A stretch of 44,453 nucleotides of DNA from Gammaproteobacteria bacterium (GTDB lineage: Bacteria; Pseudomonadota; Gammaproteobacteria; GCA-001735895): assembly GCA_050298595.1 (NCBI GenBank), contig JBNKUM010000091.1, positions 1 through 44,453 of the forward strand, written 5' to 3'. A program made the translations under genes and the position numbers. This document shows, one piece after another, positions 28,570 through 38,064 of this stretch. The stretch's first letter is position 1. Each line of letters opens with the position of its first letter. The notes beneath the pieces were generated by a model. That model was not told the origin of the DNA and did no database searches. It saw only the letters and a program-made list of their open reading frames with translations.

Positions 28570-29379
28570 ATGGCCTCGATTTTCTGGGTAGAAGACCAGT
28601 CTCACTGGATACAAAAATTTTCATCGATACTCGAACAGAGCGATTTCGATGGCCAGGCAAACCAGCTTGCTATCTTTAGATTTGCCGAAGCGGCGAAACA
28701 GCAGATTGCCCTCACAGACTCCCTGTCGCCCCCCGACGTGGCGCTACTCGACGCACGTATGAACGGTAATGATCAGGCTGGATTTTCAGTCTCCAGTGCA
28801 TTGCGCAAGAAATGGCCTGACATTCCCATCATTTATCTTTCAGAACATAGTGGAACCGATATCGAACGCGATGCACTGGAACAATTTGCTGCCGCCGATT
28901 TTATCGCCAAACATCAGAACAATGTTGAACAGGTTTTATGCTGGCGTATCAAGGCAGTACTCAGACAACGCTCACTCGGCAGCCAGACTTCTAAGAATAC
29001 TAAAGACCAGATCACTAGCGGAGATCTAACCATCGATTTAAATAGCTGGAATGTGTACTGGAAAAACGTACGCCTGATGAACCCGAATAATCTATTACGC
29101 CCACTGGCCCCGACACCAAGAAAAATACTACGTGAGCTGATTGACTGTTCACCGCGCCCACTGACATCGCTGCAGATTGCTGAACGCATAGAAGCGGATA
29201 GCGAGAAATTTTCTTATGCCAGTTACCGTCAACATATCAAAACCCTGCGCCGAGCTATCGATGCCGCCGAAGGAGGAGAAGGTCGCTTTATCGAACTCTG
29301 CAGCCAGGGGTCAGGTATCGTCACCTTTGGAGACGAAGGCGCATATTTCTGGAAACCACCCGCGAAGACCCCATCATGA
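28570..29379 (+). CDS. Response regulator (REC + OmpR-like winged helix)
   Basis: WVED, LLDARM (phospho-acceptor Asp), IIYLS, ADFIAK; C-terminal GDLTIDL...HIKTLRR. Confidence 0.88.
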   Translation: MASIFWVEDQSHWIQKFSSILEQSDFDGQANQLAIFRFAEAAKQQIALTDSLSPPDVALLDARMNGNDQAGFSVSSALRKKWPDIPIIYLSEHSGTDIERDALEQFAAADFIAKHQNNVEQVLCWRIKAVLRQRSLGSQTSKNTKDQITSGDLTIDLNSWNVYWKNVRLMNPNNLLRPLAPTPRKILRELIDCSPRPLTSLQIAERIEADSEKFSYASYRQHIKTLRRAIDAAEGGEGRFIELCSQGSGIVTFGDEGAYFWKPPAKTPS

Positions 29380-30899
29380 GTCGAACAGGAATCCCTTATC
29401 CGTGGATTAGTACGCTTGCTGCTTTATTAATCATCATCTGGCAGTTTGTTTTATCTAAGCCTGAATGGATTCAACCCTATGAATTACCAGAGTATTTTCT
29501 CAACACCGGATACCTGGTATCGGGATTTGCCGTATGGTTGCTACTAGTGACACTGGACATCTATCGCTACTTCAGGGGCTGGACCAGGTATAAGGCGAAG
29601 ATGGTAAAACATGAAGAACAGATCGCCGAGTTATTTGATTCCAGGCGTGAGCTCGGCACCCGAGTGCGCACCTATTCCGATCATGCCGACAAGCTGAAAT
29701 TATTCATCAGCGATAAGTTACTCGAATATATTGAATACGATGAAAAATTCCTGCACTTTAAGAATATCGCCTCCGAAGTCAGGCACAATGGCGTCATCAG
29801 TTACGACAAGGCACAAACGGCACTTAAAAATGCAGCCGCGCTATGCGCTGACCGGCTAGATGATCCCACACAGTCCAAACAGTTTGAACAAGCCGCCGAC
29901 AGCCTGCTATACCTTTGGGACCTGCTCGATATAGCGACCACCGACAATATCTCGCTGCATGTTGCCAACCGCATCTACGATAGCGAAGAATATTATTTTC
30001 AGTCGACGCTGAATAACAGCGACCCATCGACCCTGCCCTATGTACCGACATTTTCCCTGTTCAATGCACTGCAAAAAGCGATATTGCCCATCGTCGAAAA
30101 CCCCACAGAATTTAATCCCTTAAACCTGCTGACACTACCATTCGATTATTGCGACAAACGCCTGCAGCTACGGGTGGATAATGACAGTGACATGCTGGGT
30201 AATATCAATCATATGGTGCTGTTACTGGAAAACCTGTTAAACAACGCGCTGTATTATGCCGGACAGCAATCTTCGAAAAATCGCACGAATCAGGTTGCGA
30301 TCCTGCTCACAAAGCAACAGGGCGAAGCCGTGATCGAAGTGTATAACCCTGGACCAGCAATACAGGAAGAAGACCGCAAACGTATCTTCCAGCTGGGTTA
30401 TTCATCGCGGCGCATCCGCGACCACCATGGCAAAGGTCTGGGGCTATATTTTGTCAATGAAATCTGCAAAGGTTTCGAGGGAAGTATTGATTTTGAAAAC
30501 ATAGAAAATCAGGAGAATGGATTATCACTTCGCGTTCAGCTCAGCAATGGTGAGGTTGAAACACATTTTATTTCCATCATCGAAGAGAATGGCAAACCAC
30601 TGTGCCATATCGCACAAAGCAAAAAACCTGCGAAAAGCAAACTGGAGTGGTCGTTTGCCAGCCCGGTCAGTAGCGTGGAAATCAGTTCTCAGGCTGGTGC
30701 CGAACCGCAGCTAATTGATGACCTGCTCAGAGTGGGAAGCTTATCCAGGCCTGATACCAGCAACCCTCAACTCCCACGCTGGAAACTTGATATTACTAAC
30801 CGAAAAAGATCTGCAAAACTGGTATTTAAACCTGTCGATGTACGCGGGGTTTGCTTCAGACTAAAGCTACCAACAGCCCTTTCAAGACTTGAAATATAG
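29376..30899 (+). CDS. Atypical membrane sensor histidine kinase
   Basis: Two N-terminal TMs; N box ENLLNNALYY, G1 NPGPAI, F box IFQLGYS, G2 GKGLGLY; ATGA overlap with the regulator. Confidence 0.85.
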   Translation: MSRTGIPYPWISTLAALLIIIWQFVLSKPEWIQPYELPEYFLNTGYLVSGFAVWLLLVTLDIYRYFRGWTRYKAKMVKHEEQIAELFDSRRELGTRVRTYSDHADKLKLFISDKLLEYIEYDEKFLHFKNIASEVRHNGVISYDKAQTALKNAAALCADRLDDPTQSKQFEQAADSLLYLWDLLDIATTDNISLHVANRIYDSEEYYFQSTLNNSDPSTLPYVPTFSLFNALQKAILPIVENPTEFNPLNLLTLPFDYCDKRLQLRVDNDSDMLGNINHMVLLLENLLNNALYYAGQQSSKNRTNQVAILLTKQQGEAVIEVYNPGPAIQEEDRKRIFQLGYSSRRIRDHHGKGLGLYFVNEICKGFEGSIDFENIENQENGLSLRVQLSNGEVETHFISIIEENGKPLCHIAQSKKPAKSKLEWSFASPVSSVEISSQAGAEPQLIDDLLRVGSLSRPDTSNPQLPRWKLDITNRKRSAKLVFKPVDVRGVCFRLKLPTALSRLEI

Positions 30900-31167
30900 G
30901 ACGCCTACTGGATTATTGCTAGCGCAATAACTGCTGCGCAGCAGGAGTCAGGGCTTACGTAGAGCATGGATGCTCGGCTATTTTCTTCACTGTCAAATCA
31001 TTAAAAATGAAAACCAACGAAGATAACGTTTTTCGTTTTTGTATACGCTAACGAGACAGGGTGACCTATTAAAGACTATTTTCATTTGAATTATGTGCTA
31101 TAAGTGACTTTTAGAATCCAGTGGGCGGCATTACCCGACTTACTGACGTATATCATTTACTTTTTGG

Positions 31168-31929
31168 ATGAATTTTGCCAATCACATGACTCAGCATTTA
31201 AAAAAGACGTTGGCCGCGTTATTTCTGGCCGCCTTTATCACCTCCCCCTGCTTAGCACGCGAGATATCCATAGAAACACTTGAATGGCCCCCTAATATCA
31301 GCGCAAACCTGCCTGGATATGGGTTAACTGGCGCCATGGTTAAGGCCGCATTCGAAGCCGCTGGACATACGGTAAAAATTCAGTTTCTACCCTGGACTCG
31401 AGCATTGAATGATGTACTCGAGGGTCGAGCCGATGTTGTTATGGGAGCCTATTACAATGAGCAACGCGCTAAGGATTATATCTTCAGCGATCTTATCTAC
31501 CATGTGGACGTTGGCCTGATTGCTCGCCCTGGGCTAAATAAAAAGGACTACGTATCACTGCAGGAACTGGTGCCTTACAAAATTGGAATTACTCGTAGTT
31601 ATGCCAATAGCGAGGAGTTCGATGCGGCCAGGTACCTTAAGAAAATTACAGCTGCAACACCTACTCTGAATATCCGTAAACTGTATCGTGGGCGTATCGA
31701 TATGGCTGTTATGAGTTTTGATTCTTTTCGTTATGAAGCCGAAAAAGAAGGTTTTTGTCCGGATAGAGTGACTTTTGTGCATCCCCCTTTACAACGGCAT
31801 GGTTTGTTTATCATGGGATCGCGTAATATTTCCGACGGCCAGGAGATTATCGATGATTTTAATAAGGGATTAAAGGCCATTAAGGAAAATGGAACTTTTG
31901 ACAGTGTCATGAATAAATACCGTATCTAA
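31168..31929 (+). CDS. Periplasmic substrate-binding protein (family 3 fold)
   Basis: Signal peptide (likely start MTQHLKK); EWPP, FLPWTRA, KLYRGRID, FNKGLKAIKENGTFD. Confidence 0.88.
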   Translation: MNFANHMTQHLKKTLAALFLAAFITSPCLAREISIETLEWPPNISANLPGYGLTGAMVKAAFEAAGHTVKIQFLPWTRALNDVLEGRADVVMGAYYNEQRAKDYIFSDLIYHVDVGLIARPGLNKKDYVSLQELVPYKIGITRSYANSEEFDAARYLKKITAATPTLNIRKLYRGRIDMAVMSFDSFRYEAEKEGFCPDRVTFVHPPLQRHGLFIMGSRNISDGQEIIDDFNKGLKAIKENGTFDSVMNKYRI

Positions 31930-31975
31930 CCCTATATCAACGCTATTTTAGCTATTTAATCCCGAGGAGTATTTA

Positions 31976-32695
31976 ATGAATAACAAAGCAATTCGTTGGT
32001 ATAGCACCATACGCATGAAGATGATTTTATTAGTAGTTATTTCCTGTATCGTCGTGCTGGGCGGGCTCAGTACTTACACAACCATTGCTGAACGCAATAA
32101 GCTCTCCAGGGACCTGTCCGCACTAGCCAAGATCACCGCGCAACGCCTGTCCAAACACCTGACAGGTCCCATGTGGGATCTGGACAAAAGCCTGGTTGGA
32201 GAGATTCTTGAATCGGAAATGCTTGAAGAAAATATTCAGGCAATCACCGTCTGGGACATAGAGACCGACAAGCTATTCACCGCCCGTCAGCGCGGCCCTA
32301 ATGGCATACCTGAGTCATCTAACGGCTCAATCAATGGCGATTACATTCAAGCCGCAAGCGTTATTAATAATGGCACTCAGGATATTGGCAAACTAACTAT
32401 TTTTGTTTCCAAAAAGGAACTTAATCAAAAGCTGGCTCAATCCACGATACAGTCACTCATTTCTTTGGTTGTGCTTGTTCTGGCAATGGCAGGCATTTTA
32501 ACCATGGTGATGAATCAACTGATTATTAAACCGATCAAGGCACTGGCAGACCACGCTGACGATATCAGTCATGGGAATTTTAAGCACGACATCATATCTG
32601 ATTCGAATGATGAAATAGGTCAGCTTGCTCAAGCTTTTCAACGTATGCAAATAAGCCTGCGTGCAGCATTCAAGCATCTTCAGGACAGGGCGTAA
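31976..32695 (+). CDS. Two-TM sensor protein ending in a HAMP domain, with no output domain
   Basis: GAGGAG RBS; TM1, periplasmic domain, TM2, then IIKPIKAL...ISHGNF...DEIGQLAQAFQRMQISL and stop. Confidence 0.88.
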   Translation: MNNKAIRWYSTIRMKMILLVVISCIVVLGGLSTYTTIAERNKLSRDLSALAKITAQRLSKHLTGPMWDLDKSLVGEILESEMLEENIQAITVWDIETDKLFTARQRGPNGIPESSNGSINGDYIQAASVINNGTQDIGKLTIFVSKKELNQKLAQSTIQSLISLVVLVLAMAGILTMVMNQLIIKPIKALADHADDISHGNFKHDIISDSNDEIGQLAQAFQRMQISLRAAFKHLQDRA

Positions 32696-32746
32696 GTCTC
32701 TAGATAGATTTTTTTGTGGTATGAAATCAAAACAGAGTAAGTCGAT

Positions 32747-33376
32747 ATGAGTGATGGAAAATCAACAGTATCATATGCGGAGCTTGTAAATTTGATACGC
32801 ATTCACCTTCGCGATGGCATATCCGGCCTGATTACTGGCATTAGCGAAAAACAGCACTCCTTCCAGATCGGCTTCGAAAAGGGGGAGATCGTTTTCCTGA
32901 CTTACCGCGTATTTAAATCAGTAGCAGCTCTGGAGAAGCTACTCCTGATTGATTCAGCTAAAATTATCGAACATCTCGGAGGCGCACCCCCCTCGCTGCA
33001 GGAAGATCTTCCTGATAGCAGAAGCATTATGTCGCGCCTAACAACAGGTAAGTCTGCAGCAGGCCGTGGAGAATTTGCCAGTGCGAATGTCGGCTCTTCA
33101 CCGAAGCCTGCACCAGCCCCCCGCCCGCTCTCAGAAGAGAGCAAGCAGGTTTCCACACCACCAGCCCAGACAAAAATAGATGTATCGCAGCTCGATACTA
33201 TTAAGCGCTCTGCGGTACATTCTTTCGGCCCATTTGCTGCAATGATGTGTGATGAGCATTTAACGCCTTCCAATCTGGCCAATGTCGAACTTCGCACTCT
33301 TTTAATGCGGATAGCACAAGATCTTGGTGCAAGCGATACAGATACCAGGGCATTTATCGATCAAATTATCCATTAA
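32747..33376 (+). CDS. Hypothetical two-domain cytoplasmic protein (PATAN/DUF4388-like N-terminus, Pro-rich linker, small helical C-domain)
   Basis: SGLITG...QIGFEKGEIV; PKPAPAPRP linker; FGPFAAMMCDEHL. The domain call is tentative. Confidence 0.65.
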   Translation: MSDGKSTVSYAELVNLIRIHLRDGISGLITGISEKQHSFQIGFEKGEIVFLTYRVFKSVAALEKLLLIDSAKIIEHLGGAPPSLQEDLPDSRSIMSRLTTGKSAAGRGEFASANVGSSPKPAPAPRPLSEESKQVSTPPAQTKIDVSQLDTIKRSAVHSFGPFAAMMCDEHLTPSNLANVELRTLLMRIAQDLGASDTDTRAFIDQIIH

Positions 33377-33666
33377 CTTCCGAGGTCAGGGATTGCTACT
33401 CAAAATGCAATCGATTACAGCGTGAATTAACAAGTAATGACCTGAGCAGGTAGTTGTGAATTTAAATTGACCAGGAGCCTGATCAATCATATGAAATACT
33501 GGTGCAGTCATACTAGTATAATCTCGTAATCAGGTGAGTGAATACAATCAGGACTTTTCGAGAGACAGCATATCAATATCATTTTTTTAGAATGCAGGAT
33601 CACAGAACCGATTAGCCCTGAGCTAATTCACCTTAACTCCAGGTGTACAATTCGCATGAACGCTGT

Positions 33667-33718
33667 TGTAGTGTACTAAACTGTGAAAAGAAATCCCGCT
33701 ACAGTTTAGGACACTGCA
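33667..33718. repeat. 18-bp inverted repeat pair (TG...CA), possible collapsed IS scar
   Basis: tgtagtgtactaaactgt-N16-acagtttaggacactgca, 16/18 complementary. Confidence 0.55.
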
Positions 33719-33914
33719 CCAGGTCGAAGCACTTTGGAAAATGAATACCCATCTGACTGAGTAGTAGTATTTTTTATGTATAAAAAACCAGATAGCTACT
33801 CATGATAAGATATCAATCAGATCAGCAGTCATGAATTTCATCTGTCGACCCAGAAGAGAATTTGCTGATAGAAGTACTGTTGTGTTGCTTATTGCACCTT
33901 TTTTACATCAGCAC

Positions 33915-34103
33915 TCAATAACCAGCTTTCTTGCGGTTCATTTGTGCTTCAACAGAGAATTGCCAATCCGTGATGTCATCCTCGTAATTACTCAACTCTG
34001 CTTCCAGTTCCTTGATACGATCGATAGCCTCTTTGATAATTTGCTCATCCGACCTGTTAAGCTGTGAGGAAATAACCTTTAATTTTTGAATTAGATTAAT
34101 CAT
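33915..34103 (-). CDS. Small hypothetical coiled-coil protein
   Basis: AGGAG RBS 6 nt before the ATG; heptad pattern in IKEAIDRIKELEAEL. Confidence 0.6.
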   Translation of the reverse strand: MINLIQKLKVISSQLNRSDEQIIKEAIDRIKELEAELSNYEDDITDWQFSVEAQMNRKKAGY

Positions 34104-34448
34104 ATTTAACTCCTAGTACTCTGATTAATTAGCGTCGCTCACCTACCCCCTACTAAGTGTAGCTGACTACGATTTATAACAACTCGATAATAATACACCC
34201 TACCACCCAGGGAAAACACATATGATTGCAGCTTGGATTTCGAATTTTTTCTCTTTTTTCTAAATCACCAGATACCTTTGGGAAGCATAATAGATCGTTG
34301 ATGAGCTCATTAAATCCTGTAAGCCTGATTGCTAGAAACGCAGTGCGCACTCAATATTGGTTTTCATTCTGTAACAATATTAAATTTTTTATTGATTATC
34401 TTAATTAGCTTAATTAGAGTTCTATGCTTTTAAACTAGGGGCTTTCAC

Positions 34449-34985
34449 GTGAACAAAAGCTATGAAAAACTACCTGCTATTACCGTAGGTTTACACTGGA
34501 TTATTGCGATTGCAATCATTGCAATGCTTGCTTTAGGCATGTATGTCGAAGATCTACCGCGCAGCCCTGAGAAAGGCGACCTGATTGCTATACATAAATC
34601 CATAGGCGTTATCATTCTTGTCCTGGCATTGATTCGAATCGCATGGCGTGTGATTAGCAAATACCCCGAACAGCTAGGAGAAATGTCAAAATGGCAGGAA
34701 ATTATTGCTAAACTCACCCTGTTGGTGCTGATCCTTGGAACGGTTATGCTACCAGCTTCCGGCATCGCAATGTCTATTGGCGGCGGACATGGTTTAGCTG
34801 TTTTCGGTATTGAATTAATTGCTCGCACTGGTGAAAAAATGGAAACACTTTCAAAGCTCGGTCACATCATGCACGGCCTGGGTGGAAACCTGTTGATCGC
34901 TTTTGTTGTTCTACACATCGCTGGAGCTATTAAACATGAACACATCGATAAGGACGGCACTTTGTCGCGTATGCTCGGACGTTAA
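34449..34985 (+). CDS. Cytochrome b561 (CybB/YceJ family)
   Basis: Four TM helices with heme-ligand His in LHW, IHKSIG, IMHG and LHIAGAIKH. Confidence 0.92.
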   Translation: MNKSYEKLPAITVGLHWIIAIAIIAMLALGMYVEDLPRSPEKGDLIAIHKSIGVIILVLALIRIAWRVISKYPEQLGEMSKWQEIIAKLTLLVLILGTVMLPASGIAMSIGGGHGLAVFGIELIARTGEKMETLSKLGHIMHGLGGNLLIAFVVLHIAGAIKHEHIDKDGTLSRMLGR

Positions 34986-35012
34986 ACGCACTTTGAAATT
35001 TATTAATCCAAT

Positions 35013-35046
35013 CCATCCGGCAATCCATAAGCCGGATGGTTTTTTT
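35013..35046 (+). terminator. Rho-independent terminator between convergent genes
   Basis: ccatccggc-N9-gccggatgg followed by a T-run. Confidence 0.8.
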
Positions 35047-36130
35047 ATCCGTCCGCCAACGATTTCAAACTAGTCACATTTTCCAGCGCATGCGTCATCG
35101 GCGTATTCAAGCCTATCCCCTGCTCAAGCGACATATCATAAGCAATCCTGTTAATCAGATACTCGGCTTCGATAAGTCGGTAAGCACTGTTTATGCGATA
35201 AGACAGGCGCCATACCACCGCATGATCTCCTGTCTCCACAATCCTTACTCGCGGTGGTCGATCAATATTAATTAACGAACTATTATCGCAGGCATATTGC
35301 CAGACCTGAGTTAGAAAGCCCTCTACCCTTTCACTGCTAATTCCATAACCAATCTTAAAATCTACGTAGCAACCCAGATTATCATTCGAATCACTACTGA
35401 GAATCTCAATCTTGCAGGCACGAAAACGCGAATTAGGCAGCAGGATTTTATATTTTCTACGCAGATCTTTAAACACGGTCTGGGTCAAAGATGTGCGCAT
35501 CACTACAGCAAGCAAATCAAGCTCTTTAACCTGCACCACCGAACCCGGTTCCACATCATTGTTATAAAGCAGGATTAGACCATTGATATTGTCGGGAGCC
35601 CAGACATCCTTGGTAGAATAAACAATCAGCAGCGCAGCCCCCAATACTGAGGTAGCCTGCAGCCAGCTGGTCATATCCCAGGTATTGATAATGATAAGAA
35701 ATGAAATAACTGCAGCTATAGCCCAGCCGATCAGACTGATGACCTCTGACTGGTAAGTATGAGAAAGCACTTCAGCATCATCTATCTGACGCACCCGACC
35801 ATAGCGTTTACGTACATGTAACTGAAACAGATTAACCAACAGGTAGGAACAGAGCAATGTCAGTCCTGTGATAGATAAAGGTCGAGCCTTATCGGTAAAG
35901 AACACTGCCAGAAAATACAGCAGGAATAAGGTCATGTTGACGGAACGCAACATCCATACCGTACTACTGTGTTTGGATTCCCCCGCAGGGTAACCAAATC
36001 GAGAGACGATATTGCTAGAAAGTAAAAATATTAATCCATTTATCGCCAGAACAAAGTAATCGAATAAGGTAAATACGGCATCTACCTTATTCAATACATT
36101 ATGAACGATCTCGCTAAAAAACTGTTCCAT
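35045..36130 (-). CDS. MscS family mechanosensitive channel
   Basis: N-terminal TMs, NINGLILLYNNDVEPGSVVQV, LPNSRF, and a C-terminal alpha/beta domain. Confidence 0.8.
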   Translation of the reverse strand: MEQFFSEIVHNVLNKVDAVFTLFDYFVLAINGLIFLLSSNIVSRFGYPAGESKHSSTVWMLRSVNMTLFLLYFLAVFFTDKARPLSITGLTLLCSYLLVNLFQLHVRKRYGRVRQIDDAEVLSHTYQSEVISLIGWAIAAVISFLIIINTWDMTSWLQATSVLGAALLIVYSTKDVWAPDNINGLILLYNNDVEPGSVVQVKELDLLAVVMRTSLTQTVFKDLRRKYKILLPNSRFRACKIEILSSDSNDNLGCYVDFKIGYGISSERVEGFLTQVWQYACDNSSLINIDRPPRVRIVETGDHAVVWRLSYRINSAYRLIEAEYLINRIAYDMSLEQGIGLNTPMTHALENVTSLKSLADG

Positions 36131-36259
36131 GCACTACTCCACTCAGCTAAAGGTCGCTACATTCTATGCTGGTTTGAATGGAAAAACAGCTGTAACGACC
36201 TTTAGCTATGCTAAGCGAAAATAGTGATGGATTAATTTATCCCTGTTATAACAACCGCA

Positions 36260-37636
36260 TTAAAAACGAGCACTATACGCCAGCTGCCAGTTAAGCTGAC
36301 CGTGTGAGATATCCATTTGGGTTGTGCTATTGGTTACATCTACAGTTGGAGCATATACCATAGAAAAGTCGATACCACTGGTTTTACTCATGACATAACC
36401 TACACCCGCAGTATAGTGATTCTCGACAATAGCTGGGAATAATGGATGCACATACTTGTCTGGCACAGGGTTACTGGAAAGATTTGCACCAGCTCGCAGG
36501 GTGATTTTGTCGTCCAGTTTATAGGCACCACCGAGGCTAACGACATTCTGATCATCCCAGTCCTGATAGAAAGTGATATCAGCTGTTTCACCGCCTGTTT
36601 CAAAAACAAGATTGAAATCCTTCATGACGCCTGACCATTTCAGCACTTTGAAATCAGCAACCAGTAACCAGTTACTATCTGGCGTATAGGCCACACCAAA
36701 AGCCATAGTGGCTGGCCACTGGAAATCCTTAACAGTAATTTTGCCCGGTACGGTATTGTCTGGATTAGCACCATCTGTGTCATACATAACCATTGAAGCA
36801 TCTCCATCCCAGTCAGACATTGAAGTTTTTAAATGGTAGGCAGCACCGATAGTAACCTCCGGGTTAACAACATAGGTCATACCAATCTTACCGCCAAAAC
36901 CACTACCGGATGTCTCCTGGGTAAAATCACTACTATTGGAGAAATTGATTGCTACCGCATCATAACCACCCATCACGGCACTACCAATATTAGTTGCAAG
37001 CCCAGCACTAACAGTTGCTTCACCCAGAACCTGCCCTCCACCAAACCCAGTCAAAAAATCAGAAAAGGTGCCAGGCTGACCAGAGCCTATAGACATAGGC
37101 ATCTTCATATCCAGACCACCCCAGACATAATCGATACTACCACCGATATTAAATTGCTCATTTACCGAGTAGGCAAAGGGCGCCATGATCCGACCTACAC
37201 CAACCTCAGAACGCGCATCCTGACCGGTACCCGCACCCATGAAGGTGTTTGCCGCATATTCGGTTCCCATGCCGCCCTGAGAGAACATACCGACACCATA
37301 GGCCATCTGGCCCTGCTTTTTCACCCATCCCACCGCTGGCATTAAGTATTGATCACCACCTGATGGCGCTTTCATACCCATAAACTCACTCTTAACATCA
37401 GGGCCTAACACGCCGATGGCCAGATCGAGCTGACTCGTACCGTCGGCCATCAATCCAAGCGTTGCAGGATTATTCATCATTGCCGCAGCGCCATTGTCAT
37501 AGGCCATAGAAGCACCACCCATAGATGTTGAAATAGGGCCAAAGCCCTCCATGTTCATACCATTGGTGGCCTGAGCCATAACAGGCATCATGCACGTCAG
37601 ACTGGTTACAAGTTTAATAAAATTTTTATAATCCAT
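36260..37636 (-). CDS. FadL/OmpP1/TodX family outer-membrane transporter
   Basis: Signal peptide ending AQA; hatch TNGMNMEGFG...MGGAS, NNPA motif; C-terminal Phe; AAGGAGG RBS. Confidence 0.9.
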   Translation of the reverse strand: MDYKNFIKLVTSLTCMMPVMAQATNGMNMEGFGPISTSMGGASMAYDNGAAAMMNNPATLGLMADGTSQLDLAIGVLGPDVKSEFMGMKAPSGGDQYLMPAVGWVKKQGQMAYGVGMFSQGGMGTEYAANTFMGAGTGQDARSEVGVGRIMAPFAYSVNEQFNIGGSIDYVWGGLDMKMPMSIGSGQPGTFSDFLTGFGGGQVLGEATVSAGLATNIGSAVMGGYDAVAINFSNSSDFTQETSGSGFGGKIGMTYVVNPEVTIGAAYHLKTSMSDWDGDASMVMYDTDGANPDNTVPGKITVKDFQWPATMAFGVAYTPDSNWLLVADFKVLKWSGVMKDFNLVFETGGETADITFYQDWDDQNVVSLGGAYKLDDKITLRAGANLSSNPVPDKYVHPLFPAIVENHYTAGVGYVMSKTSGIDFSMVYAPTVDVTNSTTQMDISHGQLNWQLAYSARF

Positions 37637-38064
37637 AACTACCTCCTTAAATATTTATTTTTTAATATATTTTATTATGTTCCAATTTACGAATACATCA
37701 TCTTTATCTATGAATTAACAATCAGAATAATGTAACAAAATCAGAGGCCTAGCCGAATCTTGCATCAAACATGTCTTGCTGACAAGCTAAACAGATAAAA
37801 AGAAATAAAAAAGTAAACATAAGATGCATCAACTAAGCTCACTAGCGATAAGTTATTATCATAGCTGCATTAATTGAATTTATGGAAATCCTGCCTGGCG
37901 TATGAATAATATGCGCTCACGATCAGACCTCAACAAATATTCTGAGTATCAAAGATAGAGCACTGCACTAGTAGCAGTAGTGGTTTACTGGCATGTTTGC
38001 TATTCTGCCGGGTTTCAAGAACCGAACCCAATCATTCTCAATTCAGGCCAGATATCAGCACAAT

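Noticed and set aside
33831-34408. Plus-strand ORFs 33831..34067 and 34226..34408
   Set aside because: No convincing RBS or protein features; the first is antisense to the better-supported 62-aa gene.
34449-37636. Cytochrome b561 and FadL-type barrel as partners of the giant cytochrome
   Set aside because: They lie 9-12 kb away in separate transcription units; FadL barrels are plugged small-molecule channels, not MtrB-like sheaths.
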